A stretch of 64,000 nt of DNA from Mobula hypostoma. Its lineage: Eukaryota. Each line of letters starts with the position of its first letter. Within the stretch, counting starts at the first letter, position 1. The DNA is taken from contig NC_086097.1 of assembly GCF_963921235.1 (NCBI RefSeq), forward strand, positions 52,826,001 to 52,890,000, read 5' to 3'. A model generated the notes under the pieces. That model saw only the letters and a program-made list of their open reading frames with translations, was not told the origin of the DNA and searched no databases. A program made the translations under genes and the position numbers. Of the stretch, positions 25,401 through 37,400 are shown piece by piece.

Positions 25401-28400
25401 GATTTTGACCTACAGCCAAAGAATACTATTTGGAAACTAAATTCAAGTCTACTCAATGATCCTTATTTTACGGAACAAATTAAAAAAGAAATTGGTCTTT
25501 ACTTAGAATTCAATGATAATGGAGAGGTTTCACCTCCCATTCTATGGGATACTCTGAAGGCTGTCTTAAGAGGGAAAATTATAGTGATAGCTTCATATAA
25601 GAAAAAAAATAAGGAATAAAACAGAGGAATTACAAAATAAGCTGAAGGAACTAGAAAAAAAACACAAATTGAGTTTGGCACAGGATACACTAGAGGAAAT
25701 TTTAAAAATTAGGAATGAAATTAATAGTTTGGCTACACAAATTAGAAAAAATTTAATGTTTCTGAAACAGAGACACTATGAAAGTGGATCTAAATCTATG
25801 AAAATCCTGGCGTGGAAACTGAAAAAAAGATAGCAGAAAATACAATTCATAGAATTATGGATCCAAGAACAAAAGTGATAAAAAAAATAAGCTAAGTGAA
25901 ATTCAAGAAGCTTTTGAAATGTTTTACAAAACTCTATATTCTGAAGTTCCAGTGGGAAGCATAACCCAAACTGACACCTTCCTGAATTCTTTAGAGTTAC
26001 CCACTTTAAGCAAAGAACAAAATAGAACGATGACTGCTGACATAACTGAAGCTGAACTAAAAACTGCAATCAGTAGGCTTAAATTAAGCAAGTCACCAGG
26101 ATCAGCTGGATATACAGCAGAGTGGTATAAAGAGTTTAGAAGTGAGTTAATTCCTGTTTCACTCCCCACACTGAACTGGACCCTTAGAAAGGCGCAAATG
26201 CCACCCAGCTGGAAGGAGGCGATAATCTCAGCTATACCGAAAGAAGGCAAGGATAAAATGGAATGTGGGTCATTTAGACCAATATCTGTTCTTAATGTGG
26301 ATTATAGAATATTTGCCTCCATCATGGCCAAACGATTGGAAGAGTTTCTACCCACACTGATACATAATGATCAGACAGGTTTTATACAACAACGCCAAAC
26401 ACAAGACAATATACGAAGGACACTTCACATTATGGATCATATAAAAACATGAAATTGAAGCAATAGTGATAAACGTGGACACTGAAAAGGCATTTGATTC
26501 GGTTAATTGGAGTTTTCTTTACAGAGTTTTACATAGATTTGGTCTACATGACACAATTACTAAAACTATGCAGGCATTATACGACAATCCTACTGCCAGG
26601 ATTAAAATCAATGGATATTTATCTAATAGTTTTGCCCAGGAGGGGGGCACGAGACAGGGTTGTGCATGGTCACCGCTACTCTTCGCATTATATCTTGAAC
26701 CATTAGCTCAGTACATCAGACAAAGTGAAGATATCAGAGGAATTGCTATTGAAGGGATGGGGCATGGATTGGCCTGTTACGCAGATGACATTTTGATCTG
26801 TCTAGGGCAACCAACATGTTCTTTACCTGAATTGATGCAATCCTTTGAACAGTATGGCCAACTGTTGGGATACAGGATCAACGTGGATAAAACCCAACTA
26901 CTTTCATGTAACTATAGCCCGCCAAGAGAAATTGAAAGTAGATATTCTTGGGCATGGCAAGCAGAGTCCGTCAAATATTTGGGCATCATTATGCCAAAAG
27001 ATTTGGCAAAATTATCAGAATGCAATTATCAGCCTATATATAAAAAAATTAAGGAAGATATAATAAGATGGAACCTAATTCCTTTTCCTGGTCTCAGTTC
27101 AAGGATTGAATCTATTAAAATGAATATAATGTCCAGACTACTATATCTCTTTCAGACCCTACCAATAGACATTAATCAAAATCAATTCAATGAATGGAAC
27201 AAGATGCTATCAAGATATATATGGCAAGGTAAAAGGCCTAGGGTTCATCTCAAAACTTTGCAATTAGCCAAGGAAAAGGGGGGGATGGGGCCTACCTTCT
27301 CTTAGAGATTATTATTTTGCAGCACAGTTGAGAGCCATGATATGCTGGTGCAACCCATCATATGATGCTCAATGGGAAAACATTGAGGAGAGGATACTTT
27401 CCATCCCCATAAAGGCAATTTTGGCTGATAACAACCTACAAAGTTACATAAATAATATTGTCAACCCGTGGGTGAAATGGACTCTTAAAATATGGAAAAC
27501 TATTATAAAAGAATATAAACTAGAGAGAGACATTGTAATTCTTAAATGGTATGCATATGACTCAAATTTTACACCGAATAAGCTGGATGCTAGATTTAAG
27601 GACTGGACAGCTAAAGGAATAACAGCTATTTGCAATTTAATGAAAGAAGGAACACTGTTCAGTTTTGAAATGCTCAAAGAGAAACACTTATTAGAAAAGC
27701 ACGACTTCTACCGGTATTTACAGATGCAACAGTATGTTAATAGGACGGTTAAAAATGTAACCAAGGCAAGCACATGTCTGATAGAGCTATTTAGAAAAGC
27801 ATATAATTCAGACAACGGTAGTAGAATCATTTCAAGCGTGTATAAGGGTTTGTCAAATCTCAAAACACATTCGACTTCATATATTAAAACAAAATGGGAG
27901 AAGGAAGGAGGGATAATAATATCTGAGGAAGACTGGACAATAATATGGAGGTATCAATGGAAGTGTACCAGTTCACAGAAATGGAGGGAGTTCAGGTGGA
28001 AAAACTTCATAAGATATTTTATTACACCCTCTCAGAAATCCCATTATGATAGTAACCCCCCTGTTTGCTACAGAAATTGTGGAAATCAAAATGCAAACCA
28101 TTATCATATCTTCTGGGAATGTCGCGTTATCAAAGACTGTTGGAGTGGGATACATAATGCCCTACAAGACATCTTTAAATGTGAAATACCCTTAGAGAGT
28201 AAGACCATATATTTTGGGTATATACCTCAAGAATGGTTGAAAAGAGATAAATATTTAATGAATGTACTGCTGGTGGCTGGTAAAAAGACTCTTACCAGCA
28301 AATGGTTATCATAGGAGAGCCCAACTTTAAATGTATGGATGGAAATTACAATGGACATTTACAAATTGGAGAAGATAACAGCATCTGTTAATCATAAGTT

Positions 28401-31400
28401 GGAACAATTTTATTCATACTGGAAAAAATGGTTTATCTACATAACACCTCATAGGCCTGATTTGGTTCTCACAAGTCAATGAATATGTTGTAAAAAAAAA
28501 AGATCACTCCCTACTCTGTACATAGTTTTCTTCTTTCGATTGTTCTTTCTTTCCTCTCTTTCTATAAGTGTATACCTCAGATAAATATTATGTGGAGATC
28601 TGTGACAAATATGATTATATGTAATATATATGTACAGTATCTGAAATACATCTTATGGAAATGTTTGTTTGATGATGAAATTCAATAAAAAATAAGTTAC
28701 AAAAAAAAGTTGAATTGGGTTGGGTAGAATTCTGTCTTTATAAATATGATCTCCAAGAACAAGATCTTTAAGACCAAATTTATAAGGTCATGTCATCTGT
28801 TCATAGCTTGTTCAGTTTTATTTTATACTATCTGAGTCAGAGATGGGAAGGTTGACACTAATGTTGTTGATATACTGCATCAGAACTGTGAGATGTTTCT
28901 TGGATTGAAGAAGCACTGGTCTCAAAGGAAATTAATATACCCCAGTCAGGCCGTGGGAAACGTTGCTGCAAAGTTCTCCAATGCTCAGTCACGTAGACTT
29001 GGGCTATGCCTGAGCACAATGTTAGCAACAAGACAGGATTGTTGGCGATGATCGTGTCAGGCTCCTCATGCCGCTGTTCAGACCGACAATGGATTTTAAC
29101 CATATACTAGCTGTACAATTCTGAGCCCATGATCCCATGGGCAGTAATTCCAAAATTTAGAAGAAATTAATTTCCTTTTTATTTCCAAAATTCAAAAAAT
29201 TAATTTATATCAAAACTAATATTGAGTGGCTAATGTATTTTGTTATGATTTTATGTTCTTCTCCATTATTCTCCAGCTGACCAACAAAATGCATCTAAAA
29301 TGGCAAGCTGACTGACGTCAAATAAATTAGCATCAGCCTTAATCGTAATCTACCGAAAATTCTTAAATTTTAGTCATTACTGAAAGAAAATTCTCATCAA
29401 CTAAACCTTGGCAGAAGGTGTGCCCCAACTTCTTTGAATAATGTCTCTGAACAGTAGTCTGGTATTTCCATGACATGGTGTGTGACTCAAGGTATTTTAC
29501 AGGATGTTTTTGTTGCCTTGACAAGTCGAGATGTTCAGTTGATCAAGACTCTTGCTTAGCAGCAGTATGCCTATATGTTTATCTGGTAATTTTGAAAAGA
29601 CTTCAAATGAAGTGTACTTGCAGAAATGGTATTACCAATGTAAGGAACAAGAAGTGCAGAAATCCAGCAGGATGATCATGACTTTGAGAATTCTTTTTTC
29701 GTTGGAGGGAGAAGTAGGTACAGAGGAGATATCAGGGGTAAGTTTTTTTTTTAAATGCAGAGAGTGGTGAGTGCACGGAATGGGCTGCCAGTGACGGTGA
29801 TGGAAGCAGATACGATAGGGTCTTCTAAGAGACTCCTGAACAGGTATATGGAGCTCAGAAAAGTAGAGCGCTATGGGTAACCCCAGGTATTTTCTCAGGT
29901 AAGGACATGTTCGGCACAGCTTTGTGAACCGAAGGGCCTGTATTGTGCTGTAGGTTTTCTATGTTTCTAATCCATGCTTAAACAGTACAAGGACTAAAGG
30001 AGCACATCAGAGCATTCTTCTCTTCAGTAACAGAGTTCATCTCTGTCACCACTGTACTACACCCAGTTTCTAAAACTAACTCTTCTATTCAGCATTCATC
30101 TGAGAGCACAGCAACTTGTCCATAAAATATTTTAACTGTATTTCTGACGATTTTCCACCAATGCCAGCCGGCAGAGCAAATCCCATTCCTGTAACAATCT
30201 TCCCCCATGCCCCATTAACTCCCTCCAATTCTCCTGCCATCCACCTACACTAGAGGTAATTTACAGTAGCCATTTAACATACTGATGTGGGTGCAAACTG
30301 GTGGACCAGGAAAACCCTGCTCAGTCAAAACTAGAACGCGTAAAGACAACACGGATAATAGCTGAGGTTATGTATGTAAACCAGTTCACTGACTGTTGTG
30401 ACACTAAGTATCCCTGTGAATAATCTGCTGAAATGCATGCATCATTTACTTCTGCAACTCTAGTTCCAAGAACAACAGGGGAAAAAAAGGCAACACATTA
30501 TGATTCTTAACATAACAAGTTTCAAAACACAACACCAACTAGCTCTTTCCTAACAGATTGCTTCCCCTGTGTAGCCTATTCTAAGTGCAGGCCTTTTCAT
30601 TCAGGAGTATCTTACTCATTATGGTCTCCGTTCACCAACTGAATGACCTGTTGCTAGTTCTCGAACCTTCTAAACCCAAAACAAAGGGACTCTTCTCAGG
30701 GTTTGGAAATTGATGTGCAGAACACTGGTTAGTCAGTCCACTACTGCCAACAGAGTTGTACATTGTGCTTCTATGACCTTGCCCACTTCTTTGATGAAAT
30801 TCCAGTGAGTTTCCACTAATGTCCAGAATTAAATCCAAAGTACCGTTAACACTGTAGACTTCAAAAGCCCATTTGTTGGAATTTCACATTTCAGAGTCTG
30901 ATATTGGATGTGATGTTTCCCATATGTCTAATGGATCAAAGTGTAGAGGTTCTGAAATCAGCACTGAAAACTCAGTCCAACATCCTCAGTATCTCCTCTC
31001 ACCCAGAACATGGATAGCACTCCCTTCACCTCACTTGTCTTCTCAGCAACCTCCATTTTCAGTGCATCATCTCACATAATTTCTAAAACCCCCAAATACT
31101 GTACGTACTGGACACAACTTTGCCTCTTCATCTCTTCCAACATACTGATGGGACCATTCCATCTGGGATGCTCAGATGCACTCTTTCATCTCCACCACGT
31201 GTCCCTTTACCAGGACATCCACAGGATATGAAGTACCCACCCCTTTTCTCCCTTCTCTACTGACCAGTACCACACACATCCTTGTAGAAGCAGCAAAAGA
31301 AAGTTCTCCCTACACCTTCCACTCTCTCTCTACGGATGTCATCTCACCTGCTGTAATACCTCTATAAAACTTTCTGTTCTCTCCTGCAACCAGCTCAGAA

Positions 31401-34400
31401 GTTTGCTAGGCATTAAGTGTGATTCTGCCAAATAGCCTTTGGACAATGCAAGAATTTTTTGCTGCTATGTTAAGTTAAAGTAAAGTAGTTGTTCCCACAA
31501 AAAAATTGGCCATCTTTCCAAAGACCTTAGATACATTTCAATTGATGAACTCTTCTCTGACTCTTTTTCAGTAAGAGGACATTGTATTCTAACAGCTTGA
31601 TCAAGACATTGCGCAAAGAACAAATTATAATCTGAATTTTATAAATGAGATACACTGCCTATAATAAACAATATTCAACCCCCTTGGAAATCTAATGTTT
31701 TATTGTTTTACAACATTGAATCACAATGGATTTAATTTGTTTTTTTAAACACTGATCATCAGAAAAAGTCTTTCATGTCAAAGTGAAAACAGACCTCTAC
31801 AAAGTAACCTAAATTAATTACAAATAAAAATTACTAAATAATTGATTGCATAAGTAATTACTTTTCATAGGTACTGTAGATATTAATCCTAGCACATCTT
31901 CAGTACTTCTCCTGCATTACGTTGTGGATCTTTGATGATTCATAAGGTATATTCCGTAGGTTCTGCTGCTTAATAGCCTGGAGCTTAAAAATTTCCATAA
32001 TACATAAAATGCTACAAACTGCTTCGGTCTAATTGCATCACATTGCCCAAATTTATGTTGCCAAATATGCACTCTTTTGCTTGCCATATCCCAAATGGCT
32101 TGTGGATCCCTTTCTTTTCTTCTAAAGTTCAAATGGCATTACTACATCCAAAGTTTTAGATCATTCCTGTTGCTTTCAATCAGATCACTGATATTTAATT
32201 TTAATTTGTTTAAGTATCCACAAATCTTTTGCCAGCCTCTAAGAATATAGACCTCAGTACAGGAGTTAATGTTTCTTAATTAATCTCCACTCCTTCCACA
32301 TCTACATGCAAGGATATTAGTAATGATGATACTTTTCGCAAAGGTCCAACTCTAACTTCAACTTCTGTACATTCATTATCTAGCATTAACTCTGCTGTAC
32401 TGGTTACCAACCATTTTTAGTGGCAAGAACTGATGCAGAATATTCACATCAAACAGCAGCTATAGCTTGCAACTCCACCCATACCTGCTATCCTATCCTC
32501 AGAACACAAAAGTTTCAAACCTTTCTATATTATTGTTCTCTTAGCCAACATGACTGAAGACTTTCTGTCCATGGTTAAATACAATTATCGCTTGCTGCTT
32601 GGCTAAAATTGACTTGTTTGCTTTTTTTGCCATCTGCCATTCTTTTACTATAAGGAACACTGCTTTTTTGAATAAGAATGATTTTGAAAATTTCCCATTC
32701 TCATCACTGATGCTACTACCCTCTTTCACCATGTACTACCTTTTAGTCAACCATATTCATATATTTGAGGCCCATTTCCAACATACAATATTTAGATAGT
32801 GTTCAGTCACTTCTCTCAAGCACTGCTGAAATTGCCATTTGGCTGTTTTTCTAGGAGAGTGATGATCTCAAAAGGAACACACATCAGTCCTCATTGAGGG
32901 GTCAGCAGCGAAAAGAATGAACAGCTTTGTGTTCCTGGGTGTCAACATCTCAGGGGATCTATCCTGGGCAACACATCGATACAATCACAAAGGAAGTACA
33001 CCAGTGACTCTATTTTTGTTAGGAGTTTGAGGAGATTTGGTATGTCACCAAAGACGCTTGTAATTTCTATAGATGTACTGTGGAAACCATTCTGACTGGG
33101 CGCACCACTGTCTGGTATAGAGGCTCCAAGTACAAGATTCCAAGAGATTGTGGAAATGTACTTTATTTGGTATTACCAAAATGGCATTTCTTGTCTGTAA
33201 CAAAATGGAACCTGTATTGTACCATAGTGTTTTGCTGGTAGTGTTCATGCAACATTGTGTCGTTGGACCTCGAGTATATGAGAAACTGCAGAAAGACAAG
33301 TAGATTCAGTTACTGGAAGAATGGCAAGAGCACTAATTAAACACACTAACAGAATGCACCCTGTCCTTGAACTGGCACAGGTAGGTAACACGTGTATAAA
33401 AGAGTGACGATGCTGTCTGCTTTTTCAGAGCTATCTCCAGTTCTTGTGCGGCGACGGCCTTCCATTGCAGCAAGTAAACTAAAGATGCTTATGATTGATC
33501 CACCCTGGGTTAATTATTGTTTGTTGTAAGACGTGAAAAGGTGCACAACAGGCTGCAGAGGACGGTAGGCTCAACCAAGAGCATCACAGACACAACCCTC
33601 CTCACCTCAAGGACTTCTTCAAAGTGCGTGCCTCAAGAGGCCAGCTCCCACACACCATCAGGAGCATGCCCTCTCCTCTTTACCATCAGGTACAGGAGCC
33701 TGATGACCTACATTCAACAATTTAGAAACAGCTTCTCCCCCTCCACCATCAGATTTCTGAATGGTCCATAAGTTCATGAACATCGCTCGTTACTCTTCCT
33801 TTTGCACAATGTATTTATTTTGTAATTAATAGTAAGTTTTATGTCTTCTGCACTGTACTGGACACAAAACAATACATTTTATGACATACAAGGCAGTGAC
33901 AATAAAACTAATTCTGATTCTGTTGATAATTCTGTGGGGTTATAATCTGCCATAGGACTTGGTACTGAATCAATATTCAACATTGCACAATTGAAACTTT
34001 AGTCACTACTGAAATGACTATTATTTGGGTATTGAAGCAACACACATCAAAGTTGCTGGTGAACGCAGCAGGCCAGGCAGCATCTCCAGGAAGAGGTACT
34101 GTCAACGTTTTGGGCCGAGACCCTTCGTCAGGACTAACTGAAGGAAGAACTAGTAAGAGGTTTGCTCTTCCTTCAGTTAGTCCTGACGAAGGGTCTCGGC
34201 CCGAAACGTCGACTGTACCTCTTCCTAGAGATGCTGCCTGGTCTGCTGCGTTCACCAGCAACTTTGATGCGTGTTGCTTGAATTTCCAGCATCTGCAGAA
34301 TTCCTCGTGTTTACATTATTTGGGTATTGTGTGGTTTTCTATTTTCTTGTAAGGTTATCTCAGCCAACTGGACAAGAAATTACTGTTGATCAAACAGTAT

Positions 34401-37400
34401 GAAGCTCCATACCATATCACAATGACACTAATGAGCACAGAGAAGGGGAGGAACTTTGCAAAATAATTGCAATATTGTTGATAAACAACAAAGAACAAAC
34501 ACCTCCAGCTTTAACACAATATTTTTGACATTTTTGAAAATCAATGTGAGCCACGCAGCAGACTGCTTACAGGAAACAAAATAAATTATAATGAAAATGT
34601 TAACAGATTACCTGCAAGTCTGGTAGAAACTTCCACATAAGACTGAAAAAATACCATCGATACGGCATCCCCTACAATAATAAGATACATTAATAATTAT
34701 AATGCAAAAGCTCTGCTTATTAAAATATCATCCAGACTGTGGGCTCTCATTTAGTGGTGGAATCCATGTGGGAAACAAAATTTCAGTCACTTTCACAATG
34801 ATTGCTTTCCCAGCCCTAGAAAAACACTGGTCTTCACACACCATTTCATTCTCTCTCCCCAGCCGCTCACAGTTCACTCTCCCCAACCACCCACCACCAC
34901 CTCCCCAAACTCCCCACACTGAATTCTCAATTCAGTTCCCCTCTGAACTTCTACAATAAGGCCAATGTCACGGAGTCAAAAAATTTTTCTCCACTTACTG
35001 CAAGTGTTTCCCCAGCGGCACTGGAATAGTTGGAAACCCAAGACACTGAATCACTCAAGCTATCATTTAGCAAACTAATGAGTCCTATGGTCCATTTGAG
35101 AAGAATTTCTGGCAAGTTAAGAAACTCTATGACAAAAATTATATGCCAAGAAAATTAATTAGATTGCAAGTACATATGGATTACAGGCACAAGAGGTCAG
35201 AAATTAATTTGGCTACAACTCTACTCATTTTAAAAGAAAACTGGTCAGTTCTCTTGGATAAACAGCTTAAAATCAAAACTTTCATTTGTTTTAAAAGCGC
35301 ACTTCATGGATTTAATTTAATTTTCCAACACAATTCTACAGTTGCATTGTAGCTGGTCAAATTCCAACCAGTCAAATACCTTTACTTACATTGCCAATTT
35401 CTGGGTGAATGCATCTGCCAAGAAAGATTTGTATATATAATTGTGTATCAGCATGGAGGTCACTCCCAAAAATAACAGACATTGAGAAAACAAGGAGAAT
35501 CTTGATTCGCAACTTTAAGACAAGGTAGATTCCAAAAATATCCCTAGGCAGTTCAGTGGACCTTTGTAAACTTTTTAAACTACGTTTTACACCAGACCAG
35601 ACATAATCCATGAAGTACAATCGGGCAAGAGTTCCAAAAAAAGGTCACTCATGTATTAGCTCGAGACCCACTGCTAGCTTATTAATCACATGAACAGAAA
35701 TTATAATTTGCTAACTGCAATCTTGCACTGTACAGACACAAAATAATCACATCCAGAAAGGTTACAGAAATGGAAACAATTTCAGTCTTTGCTTTGAAGG
35801 AACCACAAAATCTTCACAGCTCATGTACAGTTCACCAATTTAAGAGTCAACAGATCCCAGCAGATGGTAAGCATCTGGTGTACAGTGCACTTTTGCAATG
35901 GTTTGCAGTTTTTTGCTACAGTTTTGTTTCCAGTATTGCCTCCTACTGTAAAGTCCTGTTAGTAGATTTCCAGCAGATATACATGAGCATATAATGACTT
36001 CAAACATACAAATCAGAGAGCCTCTTTCTGCAGAGATTTAATATGCATCAGTGGTCCTGCTGTTGGATACACAAGAAGGAATATGTTTCTGCTGTATGAT
36101 ATTTCAATGTATCTGTGAGGTTTTCCTTATGGTTCTAAGTAGTAAAGCCAGAGCCTAATACATCAGCAAATTGGAGGCCAGCTGTACCATCCAGATGGAG
36201 GTTAATTACAGCACTAAAATTTGTCATGCTGCAGCTGGATTGAGGTGAAGGGGCAGAATAGGGAAATGGGAGAAAAAATATGATCCAGAAAAGCATTCTT
36301 TTAATTGCCATTCAGTGCTGATACTAAATAGTATATGTGTGGCATTCCGTTGCACATCATTCTTATGTGGCTGAGGAACTAAAGGAAATGTTTAATGGGT
36401 GAAGAATGAATTTGGAAAATAATAAAATTGTTCAAAAACATATGTTGTACTGTATTTATAGAAGTCCAATAAACGTCAAATGATGGACAATGATTGACAA
36501 TGTGGTTCACCGTGAGTGTACAGAGGTCATTAACAGGCCTGCTTTTTTCATTGTTTACCACCAGGGATTAAGCCAAATGTAGCCAGGGGTAATATTACAC
36601 TCCGTGCCTCAATAATCATCACTCAGGGCACTTTCTGTTTCTACAGAACTCCAGACTAGGGAGAAAAAGAGTAACCTGTGACTGAAGAGGATCAAGGAGT
36701 TATGAAATGCAGATGCTTATGGATTAGTACAGCGACAAATAATCAGGGTGTGACCATAGCCAGAAGAAAGAAAAGGGTACAGGAAGGGAAAGAGACAAAG
36801 AGAGGTATGCAAGTTTCTTCAGCACATTAACCCTAAATAAACAGGCAGCAGGGACTGAGTGTCATTAGCTTAATTAGTTTAGCACAACATTGTGAGCACA
36901 AGGGCCTGTCCTCTGCTATATAAACAAGACAAAGAGTTTGACTCAACACACCACAACAAAAGTGGTACAGATGTTGATTTTTGTAGGCTAAAAAAGAACA
37001 CTAATTCTAAGTGAATCTTATCTGTGCATGGAGCCAAAAGAGATAAGGGAGATCTTAAATCTTTAATTTTGTATCTGTATTTACTCAGGAGACAAACGCA
37101 GAGTCTATTGAACTAAGGCAAAATGGCCATGAGGTCACAGAGCATATACAAATTGCAGAGGAGATGCTTGCTGTCTTGAGGCAAATGAGGGTGGATAAAT
37201 CCCCAAGGCCTGACAAGAAATCCTGTTGGATCTTGTGGGAGGTTGGTGCAGAAATTGCAGGGGTATTTAAAATGTCCTTAGCCACAGGTGAGGTGCTGGA
37301 AGATTGAAAGCACAGTGCCTATATTAAAAAATACTCACCCCCTGCCCCAGGAAGTTTTCATTTTTTATTGTTTTACAACACTGAATCACAGGAACTTTCC

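Larger units (their letters stand above)
28860..32800 (-). mobile_element. Highly decayed LTR-retroelement or endogenous retrovirus remnant (protease-, RT-, RNaseH- and env-like segments)
   Basis: Ordered weak motifs read by eye: EVEVRVGP (protease-like), [10 protein letters not shown] and LSKGYLAES (RT-like), [15 protein letters not shown] (RT-RNaseH link), [15 protein letters not shown] and [16 protein letters not shown] (env-like). Confidence 0.45.

Noticed and set aside
35940..36380. Possible ancient SINE or conserved non-coding element (similar impression at 59170-59420)
   Set aside because: No diagnostic motif or second copy in the window; cannot be supported without a database search.
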